IMG/VR virus record: IMGVR_UViG_3300041411_000080
Span: 62,001-126,000 of that record
Direction: 5' to 3' (one strand)
Length of the DNA: 64,000 bases
The position numbers and the translations under genes were made by a program. Shown piece after piece: positions 54,893 through 64,000 of the stretch. Within the stretch, counting starts at the first letter, position 1. Each line of letters begins with the position of its first letter. Under the pieces are notes generated by a model. That model worked only from the letters and a program-made list of their open reading frames with translations, did not search any database and had not been told where the DNA came from.

Positions 54893-56719
54893 TTAAGCGT
54901 CGATGGTATTGCCAGCAGCTTCCGCCTTGAGCGAAGCTTCAAGGAAACCAATGTAAGCTTTGATCATGTTGATCAGGTAACCCAAGAAACGATGTTGCGA
55001 TTCAGTAGAGGTCTTAGCCAGATTCATCACCATGATACCAGCAACTTGACCTTCAGCACCACCAGAACCGGTGAACAGATCCATGAACGCGTCTTGGTTA
55101 GCACCCTGAGTGAACTTCTTCAGTTCACGCATGCCATCTTTAGAATCCTGGATGAATTGGCAGAGTTTCTCCAGCTCACGGATTACCGATACAGCTTCAC
55201 CAGCCGATGGAGTAGTTACAGGAGTGTCGCTCGAACGCGAGTCACCACCTGGGATCAGGCTGAAGTTCAGAGTTACAGCGTTCTGAGCATCTTCCATCGA
55301 ACCTTCGACGCCAGCTTTACCCGAGTTAGCGATGCCAGCGTAAAGAGCCATGTTACCAGGCATTGGACCGGTCCAATGCAGACGATCTACACCCAAGAAG
55401 CCAGACGGTACTTTGTCTTTGTCACCGGAGTTCAGTTGATCGAAGCTACGGAAGGCACGGTCAAGTGCGGTATCCAAGCCACCGATAACAGCACCCATTG
55501 CAGCGCCACCATTACCACCGAAGATACCACGACCTTTCTCCCAGTCTTGGATAATCTTAGCGAGGCTATTAGGCCAGTTCATCAGAAGTTCTTGGGAGAC
55601 CTTATGCACTTGGGCAATAGCCTTCGAAGAGTCACCTACGAACTCATCGCCAATCATCAGACGACCAGGGTTCTTCATGGTGAATTCTTTATCACCTTCA
55701 AGAACGTTAACACGTTTACGCAGGTCAACCAAGTGCTGCTTGATCTTACCAGTGTCGGTAGCCAAGGAAGCGATCAGGTCGGAAACCATGTTAACCATAC
55801 GCCAGAAAATCTTAACGCCGGCTTTAAACATTTCTTTGAGCTTGCCACCAAGACCTTTGGATACTTCACCTGGATCTGCGCCGTCATCAATAGTACCGGA
55901 CTTACCAGCACCAACTGCACCTACAGCGTTAGCTTCCAGAGATACACGTGCTTCTGGGTTAAACGATTCCAGAGCAACACGTTCACGAAGGAACATCTGC
56001 GAGTCGATATCTTCCAGTGCCCACGAGATCGATTGACGGAGTTCATCCGACATATAACGACCTTCGTTATGCATACGTACCATCAGACCGTGATATTTCT
56101 CAACAGTAGCGGTAGCTTTGCTCAGGGATTCAGCTTTAGCAGCAACCGAGTCTACTTCAGCCAGCTTCGATTCAGCTGCATCGGTCATACCGGTAACTTG
56201 CAGTTCTTCACCGTCAAGGTCCATAACCAGATCGTCAGCTTTCTCGATCTCTTCAGCGCCCGAGGCGTCGATGGATTTCAGTTCGGTGGATTCAGCGTTG
56301 TCACCACCTTCTTCCTCTTCACCCGAGTGTTCTTCTACCGAAGTAGAGATGTCACTCTTAGACAGACCGTCTTTGGCTTTGACATCGTTAGGCAGGGTGT
56401 CGATATCACGACCACCGTTCTGATCACGATTCAGGTTTTCGTTGACGTCACTAACGTCCATCGAAGTAGTAGCAGTCTTAACGTCTACAGTTTGAGCGGT
56501 ACCATCACCACCACCATTCTCAGGACCGGGTTCGGTAGTCTTGGTGTTGGTAGCATCAGCTTTCGGCAGGTCGTCTGCTTCCAGTGGCTTAGGATCGTTG
56601 GTGGCGTTGGATGGGATGTCTTTAGAAGCGTCCAGTGCAACGTTATCTACGTTGGCGGTGGAAATGCTTTCTTTGGAAACAATGGAGTTAACCATTTCGA
56701 AAATACTTAGGCGAGCCAT
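54893..56719 (-). CDS. Inner-body/head protein, phiKZ gp162-like, with long acidic propeptide
   Basis: Acidic N-terminal region with S/A-x-E sites (SKE, SVE, ALE, SLE); paralogous to 53682..54878. Confidence 0.75.
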   Translation of the reverse strand: MARLSIFEMVNSIVSKESISTANVDNVALDASKDIPSNATNDPKPLEADDLPKADATNTKTTEPGPENGGGDGTAQTVDVKTATTSMDVSDVNENLNRDQNGGRDIDTLPNDVKAKDGLSKSDISTSVEEHSGEEEEGGDNAESTELKSIDASGAEEIEKADDLVMDLDGEELQVTGMTDAAESKLAEVDSVAAKAESLSKATATVEKYHGLMVRMHNEGRYMSDELRQSISWALEDIDSQMFLRERVALESFNPEARVSLEANAVGAVGAGKSGTIDDGADPGEVSKGLGGKLKEMFKAGVKIFWRMVNMVSDLIASLATDTGKIKQHLVDLRKRVNVLEGDKEFTMKNPGRLMIGDEFVGDSSKAIAQVHKVSQELLMNWPNSLAKIIQDWEKGRGIFGGNGGAAMGAVIGGLDTALDRAFRSFDQLNSGDKDKVPSGFLGVDRLHWTGPMPGNMALYAGIANSGKAGVEGSMEDAQNAVTLNFSLIPGGDSRSSDTPVTTPSAGEAVSVIRELEKLCQFIQDSKDGMRELKKFTQGANQDAFMDLFTGSGGAEGQVAGIMVMNLAKTSTESQHRFLGYLINMIKAYIGFLEASLKAEAAGNTIDA

Positions 56720-56766
56720 ATCTTACTCCAGTAAGAGAGAGGGGTGGTTAGTTCTACATAAGGTTG

Positions 56767-57387
56767 TCAAGGGAGTAGACCGTTGTCGATAATGATCTTC
56801 TCAAGGATTGCGTTCCGCTGCTGAAGCAAAGCGATGGTCGCTTGGGCTTCATAAAGACGAGCATAGTCGGTGTCTCTGTTAGCGATCAAACCTTGACGAG
56901 CAGCTTCCCGGTTGTCATGTTCTTCGGGAGTAATTACGTCGGTAAGTGGCATGAAAGCAACATGCACTTCTGGTCTGAAACCTAGGAAGTCACTACATGT
57001 GTTCTGCAAAGCATTAATAGTCGGGTCGAACAGGGTATCCTCTGGTAATGGACCACAGCTAAGAACCATGATGTATTGGTTGTAAGGCTTGTATGCTAGA
57101 TCAGGGAACTGGACGTAAGACGATGGTACATACAACGGAGCAGAGGTCGGTGACATCAAAGTGATGAGCAACGAACCAGCTGTTCGATCGGCAGCTACGT
57201 CTTGTTCAGTTAAGTTGAACGGCTTATAAAACAGTTCAAAGATGTTTTGACCCAAGGTCTCAATCTCATCGAACCGTCGTACGGCCGTCATGGTGTACAA
57301 AGTGTTCGGGGTCATAGCTGCACGGAACGGATCTTTTAACGTGAACCGTCCACGTGTACCTACGGCGGGGATATTGTTGTTTGCCAT
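56767..57387 (-). CDS. Probable virion structural protein (gp161-region)
   Basis: Synteny; C-terminal coiled coil. Confidence 0.6.
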   Translation of the reverse strand: MANNNIPAVGTRGRFTLKDPFRAAMTPNTLYTMTAVRRFDEIETLGQNIFELFYKPFNLTEQDVAADRTAGSLLITLMSPTSAPLYVPSSYVQFPDLAYKPYNQYIMVLSCGPLPEDTLFDPTINALQNTCSDFLGFRPEVHVAFMPLTDVITPEEHDNREAARQGLIANRDTDYARLYEAQATIALLQQRNAILEKIIIDNGLLP

Positions 57388-57425
57388 CTTAAGGCCCTTT
57401 GGTGTCAGTTATAAGATTAGGGACC

Positions 57426-57902
57426 TCAGTGCAAATGCACGATCATCTCACCCCACAATCCTAAGGCGCTGAACTGTGATTTCATTAACCAATTAGGTTG
57501 CGTAGTACCGCCAGTATAATCGGTCGAGTTGGGACTCACCCAGAAATCATCCGGGGTAAAAGCTACGTTCCATTTCTTAGCAATGTAATCCAGCATATCC
57601 TCAGAGTTATCCATTGCCTTTAGTGCATTCTTATCTTCAACGGTTAGCGCAGGCTTACCGGCTGCGATATCATTGACTTCATGACGACCATAGATAAATT
57701 CATAACTGTCATCACCTTTCTGGATATGCAGGTAGCCCAACGATTCTCTAGCCGGATCACCATAAGGGATGCTCTTCAACAACTTGCAATTTTCTTTGGT
57801 GAGTTGAAGAGTTGGATTGATACGGTTGGCGCTGTCTAAGATCAGCTGCCATTTATCTACGCCATACGTCATAGCTGTATAATCGATCTCTGTGTATAGC
57901 AT
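57426..57902 (-). CDS. Probable virion structural protein
   Basis: GAGG RBS; late operon position. Confidence 0.55.
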   Translation of the reverse strand: MLYTEIDYTAMTYGVDKWQLILDSANRINPTLQLTKENCKLLKSIPYGDPARESLGYLHIQKGDDSYEFIYGRHEVNDIAAGKPALTVEDKNALKAMDNSEDMLDYIAKKWNVAFTPDDFWVSPNSTDYTGGTTQPNWLMKSQFSALGLWGEMIVHLH

Positions 57903-57947
57903 GTGAACCTCGTTATAAAAAGGAGAGGTTTCCCTCTCCTTAGTTTT

Positions 57948-59255
57948 TTAAACAATTGCTTCAACCGAAGACTTAGCCGCAACCAAATAGTTAACGTTCT
58001 TGAAGAATGCCGAAGCATACACAATACCGTCACGTTTCATTCGGGAGATACCTTGTGGAACCGAGGTGTATTGAGTCATTGTCTCAGCAGCTTTAATAAG
58101 CTTCGAGAACAACATCATCCATTCCAGGGTTTCAGGATCAACACGGTTAGCATCACCACTACCCACTTCTGTTACCAGATACTCAGGATACTGCTGGGTA
58201 AACTTACGGATACCGTTACGGTTCTGAGGGTTACCGATTACACCAAAGCCGAGGGACTTATAGATGTTAACGCCGGTCTGATAGTTCGAACGTACATAGG
58301 TCTCAGTATAAGCTGGGCCACGAGCCGTACGCAGGATCAGTTTCAGGTCTACGTTTGGATCGTAGACTGGAGAATAGATACCGGTACGAAAGTCAGCGTT
58401 AGGAACTGAGTACTTGGTCCACAGTGGAGTGAAGATGAATTCTGTAGTCAGAAACAAATCGGGCAGAATAACTTCCCAGTCTTCCCGTGGACGATCCGAT
58501 TGATCGAGGATATCTTTTACGATAGCGTCTTTGATCAGGTCAGGGTTGTTACCGGCTTCACCGTAGATCAGTACAATCCACTTAGCTGGCCAACGTTGAG
58601 CATTGTTAGCTGGGTTAACGTAGTCGAACTCAAATGCACGCAGGTGAGTGTATGGGTATTGAGCCCGCTCAGCTTGTGCCTCTTCCAGCTTTTCAACGAT
58701 GCTATAAGAATCCAACAGACCTTTAACGATCAGTGGATCTTTGAAGAAATCATCTACTGGTAGAATCGGTTGGATTACCTTGATGATGTAACCATCGTAC
58801 TGAGCAGCAAACGAATCGTCTGCCAGCCAGATAATGATCCGGTTGTCTTCTGCACCAACCAGTTTGAATTCGATCCACTCAGGCATCCACACCTGACCGT
58901 TGTTCTTCATGACGCCCGAACTAAAGGAGTCCAGAATACCATTGAATTCTGCCATGACCATTTGACGAAGAGCGGTTGGGTTATTTGTAATAACGCCATC
59001 GATCGCCTGATCATAAAGATACTGACCCAGCTTCAGAGTCTGTTCGAGGTAATTACCCTCGACCTGAACGACTGTTTCATCCCTTACGCTATGAAATGAG
59101 ATGAGACCCACATTTGGGGTGGACGACCCGGTCAGGATGGATTTGTCTTTTGCATAGGTAAGGCTGTTGTCGGAAATCTCACCGAGCAAAGCCGTCTGAT
59201 CAGTTGCGTTGTTAATAAACGCAGCGATCTCATAGAAACCTTTTAATTCGTACAT
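57948..59255 (-). CDS. Virion structural protein, phiKZ gp157-like
   Basis: GAGGA RBS; 435 aa; synteny. Confidence 0.65.
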   Translation of the reverse strand: MYELKGFYEIAAFINNATDQTALLGEISDNSLTYAKDKSILTGSSTPNVGLISFHSVRDETVVQVEGNYLEQTLKLGQYLYDQAIDGVITNNPTALRQMVMAEFNGILDSFSSGVMKNNGQVWMPEWIEFKLVGAEDNRIIIWLADDSFAAQYDGYIIKVIQPILPVDDFFKDPLIVKGLLDSYSIVEKLEEAQAERAQYPYTHLRAFEFDYVNPANNAQRWPAKWIVLIYGEAGNNPDLIKDAIVKDILDQSDRPREDWEVILPDLFLTTEFIFTPLWTKYSVPNADFRTGIYSPVYDPNVDLKLILRTARGPAYTETYVRSNYQTGVNIYKSLGFGVIGNPQNRNGIRKFTQQYPEYLVTEVGSGDANRVDPETLEWMMLFSKLIKAAETMTQYTSVPQGISRMKRDGIVYASAFFKNVNYLVAAKSSVEAIV

Positions 59256-59443
59256 TTGCTATCCTCACGAGTAGAGCTTTTTGATGGTCTACCATCTATA
59301 GAATCTGTCATTCTACTTGTGCTAACATAAATCGTCGGGTATGGTGGTATGCAATGTACTACTAATACTGTCATCAAGTCTATACTTCTGCCTTTACGGT
59401 TATATGGGTAGGCTTAGTTTATTACTGACCTGAGGATAATCCG

Positions 59444-59728
59444 GTGAGTTTAGCTATCAAAGCCTTGCTCCTGTTTTGGCCCTTCTTCAAACGTGCTCTT
59501 TTCGGGGATCGCACTATAAAAGAAGTTGTGCTGGCTAATAGACACATTACCGTGGTAAATGCTTGCTTGGTACTTATGTTCCTTGCATTCATGAACGCGA
59601 CTATTGAGTTGAGCGTAGTTAAGTCAGAGAACATCCGGTTGCGCGAGCAGTCGGCGCTGGTATGCGAAGTTCCTAAGGCCAAAAGCCTGATCGATCGTCG
59701 TAAACTACTGGGCGACATTCTGAAATAA
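59444..59728 (+). CDS. Putative inner-membrane spanin (i-spanin)-like protein
   Basis: TM helix ITVVNACLVLMFLAFM followed by coiled coil; GAGGA RBS; upstream of lipoprotein. Confidence 0.5.
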   Translation: MSLAIKALLLFWPFFKRALFGDRTIKEVVLANRHITVVNACLVLMFLAFMNATIELSVVKSENIRLREQSALVCEVPKAKSLIDRRKLLGDILK

Positions 59729-59742
59729 AACCGATATGGGAA

Positions 59743-60180
59743 ATGAACCACATGTTTAAACCTTTCTTTCTTGCATCCGTATGCTTAACTCTTTCTGCGT
59801 GCGTGATTTATGCACCTACATACGTTTCGCAACCGAGTACAACGGTGGTTCATTATGAATCATCCTCCACAGTGGATTCTCATCAGTCTACTGTGACAAA
59901 ACAAACGAATGAGGTATCGGAACGGGTAGAGCCGAAAGCGCCGTTACCAAGCACTCAGCGCTCGTTAGCTGCTTGCGGAGCTTTTACCCTTCCCCGTGAA
60001 GCTGTTCCAGAATTCCTTACCGATGAGATGATGGCCGTGGCCAAAGACTCTGACGAACTGGACGCTGTTTTGGGTAACCAGATCAGCGGGCTTCAAACAT
60101 ACATCGGTAGCATACATTCCAAAGTTGAGCAAGCCCACCAAAAGTGGTTGGAATCCTGTAATCAGAAACTACTGGACTAG
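59743..60180 (+). CDS. Lipoprotein, putative o-spanin
   Basis: Lipobox LSAC after short basic/hydrophobic signal; helical C-terminus. Confidence 0.6.
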   Translation: MNHMFKPFFLASVCLTLSACVIYAPTYVSQPSTTVVHYESSSTVDSHQSTVTKQTNEVSERVEPKAPLPSTQRSLAACGAFTLPREAVPEFLTDEMMAVAKDSDELDAVLGNQISGLQTYIGSIHSKVEQAHQKWLESCNQKLLD

Positions 60181-60216
60181 TTAATGATCTAGTAAGTTCT
60201 GAATGAGGTATTATCG

Positions 60217-61662
60217 ATGTGTGATGGGATTGTGTTATACACGGACGGGTCATTCCGTCACAACGTAGCTGGATGGGGGGTTCACGGTTATACGTTTAAG
60301 GACGAACCAATGAAAACCAAAGCTGCTTCCAAACAGCAGCCCACCAGTGAAGGCTATAAAGATGTACCGCTCGAAGAGACCTGTACGGTCATTGAATATT
60401 TCGATGCGTTTGGACGAGTTGAAGGACGGGCAACCAACAACACAGCTGAGTTAACAGCTGCCATTGAAGGTTTCCGTATCGCGTTAAAGTCTGGTGCTAC
60501 TAACCTGATCTTCCGCATGGACTCCGAGTATGTTCGTAAGGGCATGACTCAGTGGGTTGAAAAGTGGATCAGGGAGAAGTGGCTTAAAACAGATGGTACT
60601 CCACGCGAGAACAAAGAGTTGTGGCTCGAACTGCTTGCAGCTAAGAAGCAGTGGGAAGATCGTGGCTATACGTTTAATGCGATCTGGGTCAAGGGACATA
60701 GTAACGATTTAGGTAACGATAAAGCCGACCTGAACGCTGCACGTGGTGGTGGTTGTGCACCTGATGCGACTATCGAAGTCAAGCAGGAAGGTGCAAAAGT
60801 CAACAAGCTCAAGAAGAAGCCGGTTTCTCCGCTCATTCTTGAAACCCGGATGATCTTTGGTATCAACTCGGGTAAGGAGCCTGACGGCTACTACTACACC
60901 TATAACCTTGGCCGGATGCATAACGCTGGCCACAAGCCCCGAGACACAGCGAAAGATAAGTTGGCTAAATCGGATCTACTCTTCGGACGAAGGATTGCCG
61001 AAGCAACTTATTGCGTGTACAAGGCGAATGAACTCGATGAATACCTCGAGCACATTCAACAGCTCCATGCCGGTGTTTACGGTACGGAGAATCCAGAACT
61101 AGCTATCGTCAACCTTGCTAACGCCTGTAATGCTAAGCAACGAAATAACATTGAGTTGTTAGGCGCAGACGGTTTACTGAAGTTCGATGATATCTACTGC
61201 CTGGCAACTCCAGAGATGGGGTTGATTAGTCGGACACTCAACCCACCACGTATGGCTAATGATGGAATCCGTGAGTTTAACGCCATGGAGATCCGTCTGA
61301 ATGAATACATGGCTGGGAAGCTTGGTTCGTCGGTAGATGTAATTGACATTACCTCGCACTTTTACGAAGTGGTCGAAGGTAAGAAGACGGTAACTCAACT
61401 CAAGAAGTCTATTACTCAGAACGTCCCGCACATGGACGTACCTGTTAAGTATAAGGGTCGGCAGATTAACATCAAGCTTGTGCTTGGTATTGATATCCCA
61501 TCTCGTAATCAACTTAACCGGATCACGTGTGAAGGTGTTAAAGTCGAGTTGTTGATTTCTCCGTTGGGTCCGTGTGCCTATTCGTACTCAACTGTGTTTG
61601 TGACCGAAGATGGTTCTGCTATCTTTAGTGCACCATACGCACAGTTCTTGTTTAAAAAATAG
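60217..61662 (+). CDS. rnhA: RNase HI with long C-terminal extension, phiKZ gp155-like
   Basis: YTDGS, TNNTAELTA, DSEYV, WVKGHS...GNDKAD. Confidence 0.9.
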   Translation: MCDGIVLYTDGSFRHNVAGWGVHGYTFKDEPMKTKAASKQQPTSEGYKDVPLEETCTVIEYFDAFGRVEGRATNNTAELTAAIEGFRIALKSGATNLIFRMDSEYVRKGMTQWVEKWIREKWLKTDGTPRENKELWLELLAAKKQWEDRGYTFNAIWVKGHSNDLGNDKADLNAARGGGCAPDATIEVKQEGAKVNKLKKKPVSPLILETRMIFGINSGKEPDGYYYTYNLGRMHNAGHKPRDTAKDKLAKSDLLFGRRIAEATYCVYKANELDEYLEHIQQLHAGVYGTENPELAIVNLANACNAKQRNNIELLGADGLLKFDDIYCLATPEMGLISRTLNPPRMANDGIREFNAMEIRLNEYMAGKLGSSVDVIDITSHFYEVVEGKKTVTQLKKSITQNVPHMDVPVKYKGRQINIKLVLGIDIPSRNQLNRITCEGVKVELLISPLGPCAYSYSTVFVTEDGSAIFSAPYAQFLFKK

Positions 61663-61672
61663 TGGGTAACTC

Positions 61673-62080
61673 ATGAATCTATTTACTAGATTCCGAGAAT
61701 ACGTACGTGGTCGAGTAGTCGCGATCTGGAATTGGTTGTGGCTACAAAGCGACGTAAGTTTTCGAAGAATGTGTGTAATGGCTTCATTGCATGCTCAGTT
61801 GGCTAAATGCGAGACTGGTGACTGCGGTGCAATAGCACGTCTTAATCAGCATATGAGTTTGGTGAATGACTCCAACGCTATGAAACTTCCAACGTTGTTT
61901 GCAGGGGTGATCTGGAAAAACCTCCCGACCATCGACAAGTTGGATACAGACAGCGACAAGTTAATTCATCGTATTAAACGACTTACACCATGCTGGTTAA
62001 ACTATGCGTCTGATGACCGGTTCGAGTCGGACATTAAGGACCTGCTGGGCTTCTGTGAAGAAGCTCACAAAGCGAAGTGA
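61673..62080 (+). CDS. Hypothetical protein
   Basis: Co-transcribed after RNase H. Confidence 0.65.
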   Translation: MNLFTRFREYVRGRVVAIWNWLWLQSDVSFRRMCVMASLHAQLAKCETGDCGAIARLNQHMSLVNDSNAMKLPTLFAGVIWKNLPTIDKLDTDSDKLIHRIKRLTPCWLNYASDDRFESDIKDLLGFCEEAHKAK

Positions 62081-62081
62081 T

Positions 62082-62119
62082 GACATATTGCCCCTGCTTA
62101 ATCGCAGGGGCTCTATGAC
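62082..62119. terminator. Bidirectional terminator, CCCCTGC/GCAGGGG family
   Basis: GACATATT-GCCCCTGC-TTAATC-GCAGGGGC-TCTATGAC at convergent junction. Confidence 0.8.
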
Positions 62120-62122
62120 GTA

Positions 62123-63037
62123 TTACAACTTCAGAATAGCTTTCTCGATTTCAAACAGTACGTTGTTAGTCTCGATGATCCGAGTCATCTGAGCTGCGTA
62201 CCATTCTACCCAACGACCTACTTCAGTCAGTTGGTCTGCAACCATCTTAGCGAATTCGTTAGAGTTGGTTACTTTGTCTTCGGACATGCGTCGTACCAGT
62301 GCACTAGCAGTCTGCACGAGAGCTTGTACAGCTTTCTTCACATCTTCGGTGCCACCACCATTCAGCATGGTGTTAACAGTCTGCATGTTACGCTCAGCTT
62401 CTACAAAGTCACTGAACGAGTTGAACACTTTACCCAGTGTAGTTTGAGCTGCACGGTTACCGGTAAAGAACTTAGCTTCTTCAGCAATGAGACGATCGCG
62501 GTCATCACTGATGTGTACGCCGAATTCAAAGTCACGACGTTCAGCACGATCAAACGGAACAGTCAGGTAGTGACCGAAACGAGATGTAGCTGGGCGAATA
62601 ACTTCAGTCAGTACTTTCTGCATAACCTTGGCATGATCTACCAGCATGGCGGTCAGTGGAAGGATCTCACCTTTCAGACCGTTAGGTTGTGCCACTGGAA
62701 GACTATCATGTTCCAAGAAATCAAGACTGTTGGTGAAGGTGTTCAGATTAGATGGATGTAGGGTTTCCATCGGATCGTAGTTGTACGTGGTCAGATACTT
62801 GAAGCCTTCCTGAATAGATACACTCAGGTTATCAACCTTACGACCGAAGTACTTGGAGATGTTACCCATCACCATAGCTTCTGTAGAGATCGTACCGAGG
62901 TCTTTGAAGAGTTGGTTAGACGGTGAGTCGTCTATTACTAAAGGTTCAGCTGTGGACTCCGCTGGGGCGCCCCACTCGTCCGCAATATTCTCTTTGGACG
63001 GGCGTTCTACGTATTGATCAAAAATTCCGAATTTCAT
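62123..63037 (-). CDS. Virion head protein, phiKZ gp153-like
   Basis: Acidic N-terminus ending in ISTE cleavage-like site; located between RNase H and UvsX. Confidence 0.7.
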   Translation of the reverse strand: MKFGIFDQYVERPSKENIADEWGAPAESTAEPLVIDDSPSNQLFKDLGTISTEAMVMGNISKYFGRKVDNLSVSIQEGFKYLTTYNYDPMETLHPSNLNTFTNSLDFLEHDSLPVAQPNGLKGEILPLTAMLVDHAKVMQKVLTEVIRPATSRFGHYLTVPFDRAERRDFEFGVHISDDRDRLIAEEAKFFTGNRAAQTTLGKVFNSFSDFVEAERNMQTVNTMLNGGGTEDVKKAVQALVQTASALVRRMSEDKVTNSNEFAKMVADQLTEVGRWVEWYAAQMTRIIETNNVLFEIEKAILKL

Positions 63038-63142
63038 TTCAAGGTACCTTATAAATGTTTAAGAAACAGTCGCGACACTGTAAACATAAAATTACACATG
63101 AACCCAATGAAGTGTAGCTCCCATCCAACCAAGGAATCAAAA

Positions 63143-64000
63143 ATGTTTGCAAACCATTTTGAACGACCTGCCTTTCGTCCTGCCCTGAATATCGGGTGCA
63201 TGATGGATATTCCAACAGGCAAATATGAACAGGGTAAACACGGTGAGATGATCATGAACGGTGGCCTCGGGTCACTGACTGGTATCGCATCGCGCCCTAA
63301 CAACTTTAAGACTGCTCTTGGCGTGTACATGCTCGCTATGATCCGTCGTGCCTTTCCAGGCAGCTCTGCTCTGATCTACGATACTGAGGGTACGCTTAAC
63401 CCAGTAGCTCGTTTCAGTTCTCTGGCTAAGTCCATTGAAGAGATCCGTTCCGTAGATTGGGAAAACGATGATCAGTTCGTATTCACTGACTTGTCGCGTT
63501 ACACCGGTGATGAATTCTTCAGTATCTTCCGTAAGGCTCTTGGCGAGAAAGAGAAAGATCAGAAGTCTCACATGCGCACTACTCCATTCTTGGATATGAA
63601 CGGTGCACCACGTAAGTGCCTGTATCCAACAACTGGTTTCATCGACAGCTTCTCGAAGTTTATCGTTACTGCTGTATCGGACATGTACGAGAAGAACGCC
63701 ATTGGTGCATCGGGTAACAACACCGACGCTATGACCAACGGTAAAGCTAAGAACCAACTGTTTAACCAACTACCTCAGGTATGTGCCAAGACTGGTACTT
63801 ACATGATCCTGACTGCACACGTTGGTGATATCATCCAGATGGAGATGTATCCTACCGATAAGCGTAACCTTTCTGAGATGAAGAAAGATACCGTGCTTAA
63901 GGGTGTGTCGTCTGGTTTCTATTCTCTGCCAAACAACGTCTGGGACATTATGTCTAACAAGGTGTTGCTGAACAAAGATAAGATGCCGATCTACCCACTG
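63143..64000 (+). CDS. uvsX: UvsX/RecA-like recombinase (partial, runs off window), phiKZ gp152-like
   Basis: Manually translated MFANHFERPAFRPALNIGC...GIASRPNNFKT (UvsX-type P-loop)...YDTEG...FIDSFS; AAGGA RBS. Confidence 0.85.
   Translation, partial: MFANHFERPAFRPALNIGCMMDIPTGKYEQGKHGEMIMNGGLGSLTGIASRPNNFKTALGVYMLAMIRRAFPGSSALIYDTEGTLNPVARFSSLAKSIEEIRSVDWENDDQFVFTDLSRYTGDEFFSIFRKALGEKEKDQKSHMRTTPFLDMNGAPRKCLYPTTGFIDSFSKFIVTAVSDMYEKNAIGASGNNTDAMTNGKAKNQLFNQLPQVCAKTGTYMILTAHVGDIIQMEMYPTDKRNLSEMKKDTVLKGVSSGFYSLPNNVWDIMSNKVLLNKDKMPIYPL

Noticed and set aside
54866-56710. 614-aa plus-strand ORF
   Set aside because: Antisense shadow of the gp162-like gene caused by its codon bias; no RBS or recognisable motifs
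1447-62119. Repeated GCCTCCC-CGAA-GGGAGGC units as CRISPR or IS ends
   Set aside because: Dispersed singly at gene ends with no spacers, transposase or target duplications; terminator function explains them
63049-63769. Minus-strand ORFs 63049..63330 and 63272..63769
   Set aside because: Antisense to the unlisted UvsX ORF starting at 63143

Overview
This window is a segment of a phiKZ-like (Chimalliviridae, nucleus-forming) jumbo phage genome, most likely a Pseudomonas-type phage. The conserved gene order I recall from phiKZ runs backwards through it. From right to left: UvsX/RecA (partial), RNase H, a spanin-like pair, virion and inner-body proteins, PAAR and spike, SbcC ATPase, head protease, virion RNA polymerase subunits (beta'-C, beta-N, beta'-N), tape measure/lytic transglycosylase, baseplate protein, thymidylate kinase and an SF2 helicase. 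Minus-strand cassettes of small accessory genes are interspersed. phiKZ gp numbers are from remembered synteny and motifs, not database searches. Strongest observations: (1) a Tad1-like immune-signal sponge fused to an acidic propeptide that shares a 21-aa motif with an inner-body head protein, suggesting a virion-packaged, injected anti-defence protein; (2) a candidate programmed -1 frameshift (C CCT TTA plus hairpin) at the end of the gp177-like head protein, which would fuse it to a ParB-like ORF that lacks its own start; (3) a ~125-nt structured intergenic ncRNA candidate; (4) a free-standing capsid-protein-like fragment; (5) unannotated microproteins behind an early promoter, a second promoter-like motif, and a stereotyped terminator family with TATG tails. 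I saw no tRNA, rRNA, CRISPR array or IS element.
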